DNA of 64,000 nucleotides from Paraphysomonas bandaiensis (Eukaryota > Protista > Chrysophyceae). The stretch spans positions 1 through 64,000 of the forward strand of contig CBFFRP010000369.1 in the NCBI GenBank assembly GCA_965644295.1, written 5' to 3'. Both the position numbers and the translations under genes were made by a program. The notes beneath the pieces are model-generated. The model did no database searches. It was not told the origin of the DNA and saw only the letters and a program-made list of their open reading frames with translations. Of the stretch, positions 24,211 through 36,400 are shown in pieces; position 1 is the first letter of the stretch, and each line of letters starts with the position of its first letter.

Positions 24211-26298
24211 GAATTGGGCCTTACCCTTCAGGAACCTGAGCCTCCCGAACCACAGGATGAACACATGCTGACCAACCTAAAACAAGAACTCGGCCTTAAT
24301 AGCGTCCAACCAGATACTTTCAAGGCTATCTTCACAGATGGATCATACACAGCCAGTGCGCTCTCCACGCGTCGCCTCACTCATGTCAATCCGCGAACAC
24401 GATGGACACACCGAGGAGGTGCAGCGGTCGTCTACTTACCCCCAGAAAATGCCTGGGAAGATGGTACAACCATAATACTACGACTAGATACACCCTTTCG
24501 TGATGTGCCCGGTTTGGACTCATACGCATATGAACTCATAGGCACAGCCATGGGGCTTATACTCTCAACACGCATTCCCGAACACATAAGAAGCCACACA
24601 GACTATCAGGCAGTGTGCACCCGCACTGAGGAAGCACTCTCCACAAGACGCAGAGCTCTCGGTCACCGTGCAAAAGGGGTACTACTCGAAAGCATCGCGG
24701 CCAGTAGAGATTGCAAACGACAGGTGACCTGGGTGAGGTCTCATCCCGAACGACGTACCACAGATGAAACGGAGTGGACGTTTGAGGACAAGGGCATCTA
24801 TATTGCGGACGCAGTTGCGGGTGAAGACTGGCATGAAGTCGATCGCATCCTTGGAAAAAATAACTACACTGTCTGTACAATTGCGATTGACAGTGCCATC
24901 GAACGCTTACTAACTGCTGGATTATGGCACTGGCGTATGCACAGTACAAGACGGCCATACTACTCTAGCCCACTCCTTACTAATTTCCAAGATCTCTGCG
25001 ACCTAAGGACACTTGAGAACTACACTTCAACCAGAGATCAACGCTACGGACACAATCCTGATCGAGCGCCTGGCTACTGGACCAATAGCGGAGTACACCT
25101 CCCGCGCAAACTAGCTCAAGCGGATGGCAGTGCATCCAAAGACAAACTCAGCTCAAATCTACGCCAAAGAATACTCAACACGGCACTGACATGGGACAAA
25201 TCTTTCTGCATAGGGAGGAACCGGGCCAAAACCAAACAGGGGCTTGACCTGACCAAAGTCGCATGCTCTGACTGCGGGTTTCGACTAGATTCCCTAAAAC
25301 ATATGTGCCTCGACTGCACACATGAATCCATCACCCAAATAAGGGAAACTGCATTTCAATCGCATAAAAATGTGCTCCACGAAATACAGAGAACTCAGAC
25401 CTTACCCAACTGGATCACATCTGCACTACGGAGACTCTCCAGCAGAGCCTGGAATCCCTCCATCCCACAGGTCGAGAGATACTGGACTGGAACCATCACA
25501 GCAGCCCAACTGGAAACGGTCTTCGGAGATGCCATACACAACCACCTGACGGCACACAGTCTACGGAACCTAGAAACAGCGGTTATTAATCTCCTGCAAC
25601 CGCTTTACACTGCAGCGAAGCTTATGTTACAGGATCGCGGTTGTCGCTATATCACCATGTCCAAAAGGCCGCCCAGGCTACTCCCGAGACCCCGTCCGAA
25701 ACGCAGTCAGTCAAGACAACGTCCGAGAGTCCTTCGATTACTAGGGGTCCAACGAAGACCCCCCACAGCGTATCCGACTCCAGACACACGTGCACACCTC
25801 ACAGGTCCTACCCGACAGAGCACTGGACTGCCCAGACCTCCACAACGCCGACGGCTTCGACAACTCTATCTACACCCGCGGCCCCACAGGAGCACAGTAA
25901 CACAGACTACAAACCCAACTCCTCCTCCCAACAATCCCCACCACTCTCAACCCACACATCTGGAACTAGGTGCACTCAGGACCCTAATTCAGAACGCTGA
26001 GCCCCCTCCAAAACCAATGGAGACCCATCCCAAAGGGAGACCCCCAGATCAAATACGCCGGTGAGTCCACGGACACACAATAAAGGCGAATTTCATATCA
26101 CACAAAAAGAACGGAAGTGGTTGCACCTTGGTGCTTGCGGCGACGCACAAGCAGCTTTCGTAGCGTTAAATAGTAGGATAAAAGAGTTTGTATTGATTAG
26201 TTACGGGTAGTGGTCTAACTAGTATGACTAGCATTCTTCTAGCCACTAATTGATGCAAGGTCTCAACGCCTATTGCTAAATAATCAGACATTCACTAC
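24211..26298 (+). mobile_element. 5'-truncated non-LTR retrotransposon (LINE) encoding RNase H and a CCHC knuckle
   Basis: 13-bp TSD TTGTAATTAATGG at 24198-24210 and 26299-26311. ORF 24214-26064 has RNase H motifs (FTDGS, YAYE, HTDY, WVRSH, IADAVA) and CSDC-x8-H-x4-C. The ORF is open from the element's 5' junction; no RT domain remains. Confidence 0.92.
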
Positions 26299-26788
26299 TT
26301 GTAATTAATGGTGATGCTCAGTCACCCGCGGTAACGTCAAGTGTGCAGTAGGAGAGAGAAATATAGTGTACTATGTAAGACGAGCTCATAGTAAAACGGT
26401 TGAATATAGTTATGAGGGAAGTACCTTCAGTTTCTGATGTATGTGGTCTATACGTCTATACCAAGTGCGGTGATATGGGGTTGACTGGCGAATATATACT
26501 CACAAGAGTGAAAGCAGGTGTTCACTAGATTTTGCATGAATATAGTGTGAAGTGTTTAGATTAATACTTAAAATTGTTTCTTGGAAGCGCAAATCTGAGA
26601 AGCAGACGCTGCGTTTAACAAAGCAGTTAAAGGTTTACGTCGTGATGCAAAGTTTACTTCAGTGATATGATCACACTTAATAGTGTATACTAAAGGGGTG
26701 TTATTATTGCTAGCTACTTGACAAAAAAGGCAGTTGGATGCAGCCTATACCTCCACCACAAATGTCATATACTCTATACCCTATCACA

Positions 26789-27628
26789 TTATTTGCGACC
26801 TTTCTTTCCCTTCTTCTTTTTTGAATTTCCGGAGGAAGTTGCAGTCGTTATCTGCTGGGTCTGTTGTTGTGCAGCTTCCTGCTTAGCTGTCTCCACTGCC
26901 TGCTGCTGACGCTTTATGCGACTGTTAAGCTTTGGGATAAAAGTTCCCATTTTCTTAAGAAGATCTTTCTCTATAAACAAAGTAATTACGAACCAGTTAC
27001 TACGATGGAGCGTAAACTTACTTGACTTTATTTCTTCGTTGCAATAGTTTCCACTGTCATCAACTATTTGAACGCGAATTCTACCACATTTCAAGAAAAG
27101 TCTAGGATACCTCTTGTACGGCTGAAAAACATGTCAACGACAACATATTTGCACAAAAGAAATAACCTCGATAACATGACGAAGTTTCAAGCTCTGGCAG
27201 ATTTCAGACATCTCACTGACAATAGGGTCAGAGCCTGTCCATTGAAAAAGAAATCAAACATGACAATACATGATATATAATTCATCTTACAGCAATGTTC
27301 TTTCCCGATTCTGCGTCCTTGAGCATAACTTAAGTCAGAATTAATATACGCCGGCCAAATCTGAACGAACTTTGAAAAATCGAACTCGCGTACATCTGCT
27401 CACTGCAGTTAGATAACAGGAGCACAGGAACACACAGGCACTTACTCGGATCCCCCGACCATAGAAACTTTGCACTGAATGAACACAAAAGTTATGGCAG
27501 TAACGACAATGAAATCAGTCTGACTTTGGGTCGGGCATGACGGGCATCTGCGGCATACCCATGTCCTCATCCTTCGCCGCTGCCATCGCCTGGGCCTGAG
27601 CTAGTCTCTTTTTTTGGGACTTGGACAT
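26789..27628 (-). CDS. SRP19: Signal recognition particle 19 kDa protein (multi-exon)
   Basis: Spliced exons give KFVQIWPAYINSDLSYAQGRRIGKEH and GRIRVQIVDDSG...KKDLLKKMGTFIPKL, with a basic tail KKKKGKKGRK. Confidence 0.9.
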
Positions 27629-27770
27629 TATATATAGTATGGAGCGTGTTGTGGATAGGAGTTATAACTATATACTGTATATGCCAGGCTCAACTATTAC
27701 CATACCAGGCCACCTAACACAACCCTCATACTGTACTCTCATACAGCGGTACACACAATACAATACAAGG

Positions 27771-27886
27771 TACATACATACATACATACATACATACATA
27801 CATACATACATACATACATACCTACATACATACATACATACATACTTACATACTTACATACATACATACATGCATACATACATACG

Positions 27887-27918
<32 letters not shown>

Positions 27919-27978
27919 CACATACATACATACATACATATACACATACATACATACATACATACATACATACATACA

Positions 27979-28010
<32 letters not shown>

Positions 28011-28226
28011 CACATACATACATACATACATACATACATACATACATACATACATACATACATACATACATACATACATACATACATACATACATACATA
28101 CATACATACATACATACATACATACATACATACATACATACATACATACATACATACATACATACATACATACATACATACATACATACATACATACATA
28201 CATACATACATACATACATACATACA

Positions 28227-28258
<32 letters not shown>

Positions 28259-28260
28259 CA
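27771..28260. repeat. (CATA)n tetranucleotide array, about 490 bp
   Basis: Array with variant units in the left half and pure units in the right half. Confidence 0.98.
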
Positions 28261-28579
28261 CTCATCTATGCTGCTCTATGTTGAGGTATACGTGTATTTC
28301 ACAGTGTACCATATACACTGCCTACCGTTTCGTTTAAGAGTACTACGGCATAGAGTACAGACGCGTGCAGAATTTAGCATGGGGTACAAGTACATACCCC
28401 TATCTGGTATCCCCTGTATATGTATGTCTATGTATGTATGTATGTAGTATGTATATTTGTATGAAGTACAGTACACTGTATCTTCATCTCGAACGTGTTG
28501 TACGATAATATCATATACAAACACGTCCCTCGTATATATATATATATATAAGGACTCTATCGACCTATCATATCACCTG

Positions 28580-30565
28580 ATGATGATGAGGGGATTGATC
28601 TTGATTATCAGTATCGTTAGCTGCGCATCAACAGCACTGGATGAGTATGTATGGGCGGCTGATGATAACTATGCGTGGGTTGATCTGGGAGAAGAGCACA
28701 TCCTTCACGGCAGGAATGCAAAGGGAGATAAGACATGGACCGGATACACTCTTAATGTCACCTCTCAGAGATGGCTCACTGATGATGATTTCTCTCCAGA
28801 ATCAGACTGTAAGAGCATATGGTGAGCTGTGTGTTTGTTGAGTGTGCAGATGTTTACTGACCTCATCAGGTGGCATATTCTTGTTGTTATCGTCCCAGAC
28901 AACGTAGTATGGACCAGGAATGCGTCTCTGTGGGTAACTGGATGGTCCAATACAAGTCCTCTTCCTCAGGCTACTGACGAAGATGTTTTGCTTGCTGCGG
29001 AACTTGCCATGGGCACCGGCATGATTATGGGTTCTCTTTTCCAAATTCCCAACGAGCATATCATATTCAGCTCCGATCCCATTCAGAAGAGTAGATCGGA
29101 GGATGCTATAATTGCTTTCACATGGGTGCGTGGATACATAGGTTGTGCTGCTTGTGATGTTTTTGGTGTCCTGTAGGACCACTTCCTCAACGATCCCTCC
29201 CAACCCGAGTGGTTGCTACGCTTTCCGATGGTCAAGGCTACTTTGAGGGCGATGTAAGTTCACATTACAGATTTCATCTCTCAAATTATGGACTCACTTG
29301 TATATAGGGATGCTATGACTGAATTTGCCGCTAAGAAGTTCCCCGAAGAGGACTACCGACTTGACTACTATGGTGTATGCGGGGCATCTAAGCGAGGATG
29401 GACTACATGGGACGTAGGGGCGGTTGATCCAGACAGGTATACATTAGAGTTTTGCAACCTAGAAGTCCGTCTAAGCCCTTATCAATTATTAATATGAATG
29501 TATGAGATTGCATGGTAACCCTAGATATGTAGGGTGATGGCTATTGTTCCTATCGTTTTGGATGCCATCAATTTTGTATCCGTTGAGCACCACGAGTGGC
29601 GGTCTTATGGCGGATGGAGCTGGGCTCTCAAGGACTACTATGAAATGAACCTCACGGTAATCAAAGTGTCTTCCTAAACTCATTTCCTGATATCGCTCAT
29701 TGAACCATAGGCGAGGTTTGACGATCCCAATATGGTCCTTCTACAAGAGAACGTTGACCCCTTCTTCTACAAAGACAGACTTACCATGCCAAAGCTGGTG
29801 GTTAACGCAGTGCTCGATGAATTTCAGCAGCCTGATGAGTGGGTGTGTAGAGATCCTATCTCATGTCTCTGATATCTGTTTATTGTAGTACTCACTATTG
29901 GTGGAGCGATATGCCGGGTCCCAAGCATTTTTTGATGACGCCTAACGCTGAGCACTCAGAGATCACTGGCATATTCGAGATTGTTCCTGCCATCGGCACA
30001 TACCTCACATACCTGGTGTGTCAACTATTTTTTTATCCCGGTTGAGTTAATTTGTTTGCATTTTTAGCTCTATGGTGCCACCGTTCCAACTTTCACATGG
30101 GATATCAGTGAAGCCGATGGTACCATCACTGCGACTTTAGATGGAGAAGGTGAAGTGTATGAAGCATCGATGTGGTACGCCTACTCTTGCGGTACAAACT
30201 CGGACGGAGTCATTCGCCGCGACTTCCGCATTCTAAGTATGGATGATCCCTGCCACTGTGGCATAGGATATGACGGATATTGCGCGAATTTAAAGTCATT
30301 CTGGACTCGCGAAATCCTCGAACCTCAGGTTACGGAAGACGGAACACGTGTATACAAAGCCCGCATGGATGCACCCGATGATGGGAGATATGTAGCCTTC
30401 TTCATTGATGTGAAGTACAAAGACCCAAGGGAGGGCCTAAAAGGCGACGTTCTTCCCAAGGACATGCCTGGAATGTTGGAATTTACCACTGAGGTGTCTG
30501 TGTGGCCGAATACTTTCCCTTATGAAGATTGCGTCGGTACCGAATGTTATGGAACGTTGCTTTAG
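28580..30565 (+). CDS. Secreted PqaA/AprA-family protein (alpha/beta-hydrolase fold), multi-exon
   Basis: Signal peptide, then TALDEYVWAADDNYAW, LNVTSQRWL, QIPNEHIIF..DP..RSEDAIIAFTW, GASKRGWTTW and DEFQQPDD. Confidence 0.88.
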
Positions 30566-32535
30566 TGCAGAGCATTGGACCATTACTCACTGAAATGCTA
30601 CCATAGTCGCCTTCAGAGGTTAACGAAAATGCGACTTGCTCTTACGTACTTGAGATACAATTTATGTGAACGTACGTAGTCGCTTGAGATTGTTTGGGGA
30701 TGACTATTTCCATCTTCTCAGTGTCGTAGCTAACAATTATTGGTTATGAAATAATAAATGATATATACTTCTATTTTGCACATCTTTTAATATAGTCGTG
30801 ATGGGGATGGAGTTTACGCGCAGCAACATTGTATGAATTCATAACATAGTCCATTAATGTGATCTTTGAGTTCACAACTCGTCGTTAAGTGGAGCAATGC
30901 ATCGGCTAGGGCAAAGCCTCGAACTTCATGTATGTAAATATGAACCTCGTATTATAGTTCTATTTAACCACCATTTGCAAGGAGGCAATATCGTCCAGCG
31001 CTCAAAAAGCGTGAGCGAACTGCTCGTGTTTTAAATTTAAACAAGCTACGATATTTCTTGTCTCTAGATTAAATTGTAGCATGTTCTCATGATGCTAAAA
31101 ACCTGGTATATCTGTATATCTAGAGTGTGAAGCTCGTTTCTCCCTGATTAATATCAAGATTTGACATCTCACCAGTGGAATGAACTTTACAATTGAAAGT
31201 AAACTTACACTCAATGCTGAAAATTATAAATTATAATCAGTATCATTCATCATTCACTAAATCATAGTGTTATCCTAACCACCAGCAATTCTGCGTACAG
31301 TCTTAGATCGTCACTCTCTTTTACAGTTAATATATTTCGGTTTCACTACTATAATTACTCTCATGATATTAGTTGTCATACTACAGTTTACTATTACGGT
31401 ATTCTTTGAGTAGCAGATACAATTTAAGTGCCTTAATTGTACAGTACATCTTTCAATATTTCCATGAAACGGACGAAGTCGATAACTAACATTTCGTAAA
31501 CAAATAAAGAATTAAATCAACGGTATCTATACATAAGTTTAAGGAGTGAAAATTGTACTACATGAACTCAAACCTATAAATCCCCGAATTTCAATAATAG
31601 TTGCAACAAATGTATCTCTACCACAGAGGTATTCTGAGGGAATATAGCAACTGCATCGAATTAATATTCGTACATAAATGCGATGATGAATGTGAGAAAT
31701 TGTAGTCGCACGAAGCTTCTTGTTCGACAAGAATATATTATATATGTGTAGTCGGTGACTTTTATAGCTGTAAAACGGAAGTAATATGGAAGAAATTAGT
31801 AAAAAATATTATAAATAATACTTCTCACACTGTTAATATCTTCATAGTTACTTATTGTGCATAGTTATACCCTTTTCCAACCATCATCAAAAATTTCACC
31901 AGGTTTCATACATTTCACCAGATTTTGGTGTTACCTCGACTTTTGCCTTATAACTGGCACCATCGTCATATATATGTACATCGCACTTAAGCCCTGCTAG
32001 TGTATCTTGCACACATAATCCTGAAAGGAATGAGTGCCACCACTCCAAATCACCTTTCTTCTTCATCAGATGTGGCATATGAACTCACCAGCAAAATTCT
32101 TGAAGTATTGTTTCGAAGCCCTCTCGCTATGAATATCTACGTGCACTTTCATCATCATTCTGATCTTCTACAGCAGTCGAAAGAAGGATTTTAGCGCTCG
32201 ATTATTTGATTCTGATATTGATTTCCCTAAACTCTTGTGTGTTATGATAAAGGCGCAAACGGCTGTCATTATCATAATTAATATATATACTGTACAAGAT
32301 ATAGTTTCTGTTCAACCGATTGTTGAAGTTAAATGTCTGTAATGCCCAATATGCTATTATGAGCGTTCTGGTTCTGTTGAACTCAATTCAGACATAATTA
32401 CTTTGTGTTTTATGAAGTTTATCTCAGGGAACTTGGAAGGCCAATCTAGAATTAAATTTTACTTTTATGAGTAGAGTATGCTACCATCATGTTTGAGTGA
32501 TTTTATAAATTATTGACTTTTAGTGAATACTGAAA

Positions 32536-32626
32536 TAGTGGATGTCTTATTTTTAGCAATAAGCGTGTAAGAGTCAGAACTAATGTAGCAAAACAATTTA
32601 ACTAACTAGTGCTTAAGGTGCAACCA
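32536..32626 (-). mobile_element. Internally deleted short copy of LINE-related 3' element (copy B)
   Basis: Reverse strand reads TGGTTGCACCTT joined directly to AAGCACTAGTTAGTTAAATTGTTTTGCTAC...GACATCCACTA. Confidence 0.8.
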
Positions 32627-32812
32627 GTGAAACTGAATACAATGAAGACCTCGTCATCGTGGAACTCAAATTTGTAAGTGAGATTAATGACTAGTTTTTT
32701 CATTCACTTTGACTAGGCTTTTACAAAAAAAATTGTGGCTTGGTAATTCAACACCAGTATCCTAAAGGCAGAAGTGTCAGGTATATCAACATTCTGCGTT
32801 TGCTTTGAGCAA

Positions 32813-32964
32813 AAGTGACTGCACATTGGTGCTTGCGGTGATGCACAAGCAGCTTTCGTAGCGTATAATAGTAGGATGTCAGAGTTAAGTAAGCACTAGT
32901 TAGTTAAATTGTTTTGCTACATTAGTTCTGATTCCTACACGCCTATTGCTAATAATAAGTCATT
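32813..32964 (+). mobile_element. Short copy of LINE-related 3' element (copy C)
   Basis: AAGTGACTGCACATTGGTGCTTGCGG...CGCCTATTGCTAATAATAAG. Confidence 0.85.
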
Positions 32965-33445
32965 TTCTATTTCTAATTCAACCAACTTGACAAGGTCGAG
33001 TAATATATTAACTCTGTATTATTGATAACCACCACGTTGCTTTTCAAAATCAACACTATCCCTACACAGGAGGATACCCTCGGTAGTATTTTTTAAATTT
33101 ATCAATTAGAGTGCATCGTAGTACTGTATTACATTACGTACTCCACTAACAACCCTCGTCAATATCACTAATTCAATTAACCAGCGCGATAGACAAAAAA
33201 TTTACACTACTATTCTGGAATAAATCATATTGGCTAACTGTAGGCTTCAGAAAGAATTGTAGCCCTAAAGTTTCTGAAAGCGCATGAATGCAGCCCTCAC
33301 CCATCAATACAAAAAAAATAATGGACAATAAACAGGTTCCGAGGAAGCAGAACCGACTGGTCCCATCGTAAGAACAGAACCTCAATTACAGTATTTCGTG
33401 GTATTACTACGCGATATTATGTACATTCCCTTCGCATAGCTCAGA

Positions 33446-36400
33446 CTACGCAGAGAGCTGTCTCTTTTCTATAGCAATTTGTGCCCGAGCAAGTCTTGAG
33501 GGCTTGCCATATAAAAAAACTCTATCATTTTGACCTAAAATAGTACTCGGCTGATGATCATACAAAAATTGTGAGTGTCAGTTTGTATTACACAACAGAG
33601 TACGTACCGGTGGACTAATATAAACATACGGTAGTATCGCTCGAGCCTTCGGATTTGCGGCCCTGTATATTCCAAAACATATCACCTGCACCAAAGTAAG
33701 AATTTGGTATGAATTATATCGGTCCAAACGTACATGATGGTACGACATAATTCTGAACAGGTCCAAAAACTTTCGTCCCACCATTGAAATAGGTACGTCC
33801 GCCTGCATCACCGTCTGGCCAGCCTGTCCACAAACTAACTTTTCGCATATCAGCGGCGTCAGTACCCCGAAAAAACTCTGAACAAGAAGAGACTCAAAGC
33901 TTGATGGGACATAAGCCCTCGCGGAGGCAAACACGGGAAGCATGTGGTGCGTGTCCGTAGCATCCCAAAATCTGTTTTCCACATTCTCAGGTTCGACTTT
34001 GTTCTCCTTTATCTGTATAGCTTCTACTATTGAGTGATCAATAGTACTCGCCCTCCGGCCAATATTAGACGGCAACCGAGCCATCGACCCATGCATGGTC
34101 TGCCTAATAGTATTGCGCTTCGACGTGAACCTGCCTAAATGATCACCAGTCTCGGTTTTAGTCATATCACCGCCGCGATCGTTTTCATCCGATCCTTTCC
34201 TGAATCCTATAGCCCCGCTGCTCTGTAATCGTAAAACAGGCTTCTTGGAAGCATCCGACTTCGATCGGATTTGACGCTTCGTAGGTTTAAAGTACTCGAG
34301 AGGGTTTCTTCTAACACGTCGCATAATGGTAGCATTCAACACTGTCACATATCTGTCAAGACATAAACAAATAACACGAAAAGTCGCACCGGCCATATTA
34401 GAAGAGCATGTCAATTCAACAGAAAAGAAGACGTCACGAGGAATGTATTGTTCGAGCTTCAGATAGGCAAATAGAGTACCGGAATCTATACTCTCTTCTT
34501 CAACCTGCGTAATTTTTATCAGCGCAGAACAGTAAAAATCGAACAATGTACCGTTGTCACACCATCTCTATTGCACAATAAGACAACGGCAAATGCATTC
34601 TCCACGTTGGCACGATTAAATACAGCACTTCTTGTCAGCGAACCCAATAAAACGTATACGTCATTGTAACGTCCTTTGATAGCTTCCCACTTGGACGGAA
34701 GCTCAGGACTGACGATAACAAGTGGATGATAAGCCGCACCCTTCACAGCGGGACGACGGAGCTCAGATATGAACATTGGTAGACTGGTATCATTCCCGAA
34801 TACAATAATGTGATCGTCTACCTCAACTGTATCTGTGATCACTTGTGATTCGACACCTACGCATATATTAGCCCAATACAATATACAGAAAGGTCGAAGT
34901 ACCAAAGTTTGCCATAATCTTTTCGAGGGGGTCTTCCTCCTCTACCTCAGCCATCTTCAGGGCCTCTGATGGAGAGATAATTTTGGCGGGAACTTCAGAT
35001 ACCGGTGGTGCAGAGGGCGGGGCTTTTTCTTTCAATACCTCTGACGGTGACATTGGGCCTCGATGGTGTGCGTGTGTCCCTGTGAATATCGCCGTAAAAA
35101 TCCATGAGTAAACGATAGGGCTTAGAATCTATGAAAAGTACCTTTAGCAGCCTCTGTAGACGGGGGACTATCAGTAGGTGGAGGTTCGGAAGGTGGCCCG
35201 GGGATCTCTTCTCCATTAGACAGAGTTCTAGGTCTGGAAAGGACCGGCTCAGTGGCCCCACGACTGAGAATTCGATTCAACGGGACAGGCGTTGCGGACT
35301 TTGCAGGTGGAGTGCTTGTGCCACTTCCTTTCCGTTCCTGAGGTTGTGAGGTACTTTTTTCAGGAGTGGCAGTTGGAGTCTTACGAGTAACGGAAGGTGA
35401 CATACTTGGAGGCGGCTTGAGGCCACCAAGCTCATGAAGTTCTTTAAGTGTTTTCCTTATTTCTTTCGGGTTGCTGTTCATATTAGCACCAACAGTTGCA
35501 CCACGTAGGAAAGGTTTCGGCTTCTTGGATTTCGGTTTCGGTACATCCTCCGCCTCTTTTAACATGGCTGATGGAGCGAGCATCTGAAGCATACCCTTAC
35601 GTCCGCCGCCCTTGGCTTTCACATTATCCTCTGTTTCGCTATTCTCCTCGTCGCTGTCATCCTCATCACTTTCCTCCTTCATGCTAATTTGAGACGTTCG
35701 ATCTCTTTCGGACCGGATACTCTTGCGTCCTGTATCGGCTTCAATAATTGGTGATATCGGTTTGCGCACCCCTAGTAATCCTACGATACACTTAAGACAC
35801 TGAGGTGGTACACAAATGATGACCTACCCAATGGCCTGACTCGATTAGTCGTTCCGCCCACCATCCCGCCCCCTATAGTTAAGAAAGTTATACCATCACT
35901 ACAATTACCACTTATCCTACCGATCTGACTTGACATCCTTCGGCCTTCACTACCCTCGCGTGTGTTGTGCGTCGTCGCCACATATCCCACATACGTGTCG
36001 TCGTCATCATCGGAGTCAGATAACGGTACCGAGTTTCGAGTTGACATAAGCCTCTCGAGTCTTAGATTATCGACAGCGAACTGCAGTACAGCAATTAAGC
36101 GTCAGAAACATACAAAACATTTACAAGCACCACACCTTTTGACTGTTCCCATTTCCAGTTTTAAAAACAATATTATTCTTCAGGTTCTTAAGGGTTGACA
36201 GCTTTGATGCCTGTTTAGTCATAAAAACAGCTGTCGGCTTTTGAGATGTCAATTCTCCTGGTTTGTCGTCACTGAATGAACATGGGAAGGAATCTTCCTC
36301 GTCATTAATTTTATTCAACATACTTATAACGCAATTAATATCTGTTAGGCCTCTGGCTACATGCTCGGCTTGCATCTGGTCGTCTGCCATTATCAAAGCT

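Noticed and set aside
28580-30565. Bacterial contamination or recent HGT for PqaA-like, FG-GAP and RsuA genes
   Set aside because: They are embedded among eukaryotic genes with the same composition; the PqaA-like gene and one FG-GAP gene have spliceosomal introns.
31896-32078. DLEWWHSFL motif reminiscent of DIRS/Ngaro RT-RNase H
   Set aside because: A single short motif with no flanking domains or terminal repeats; insufficient support.
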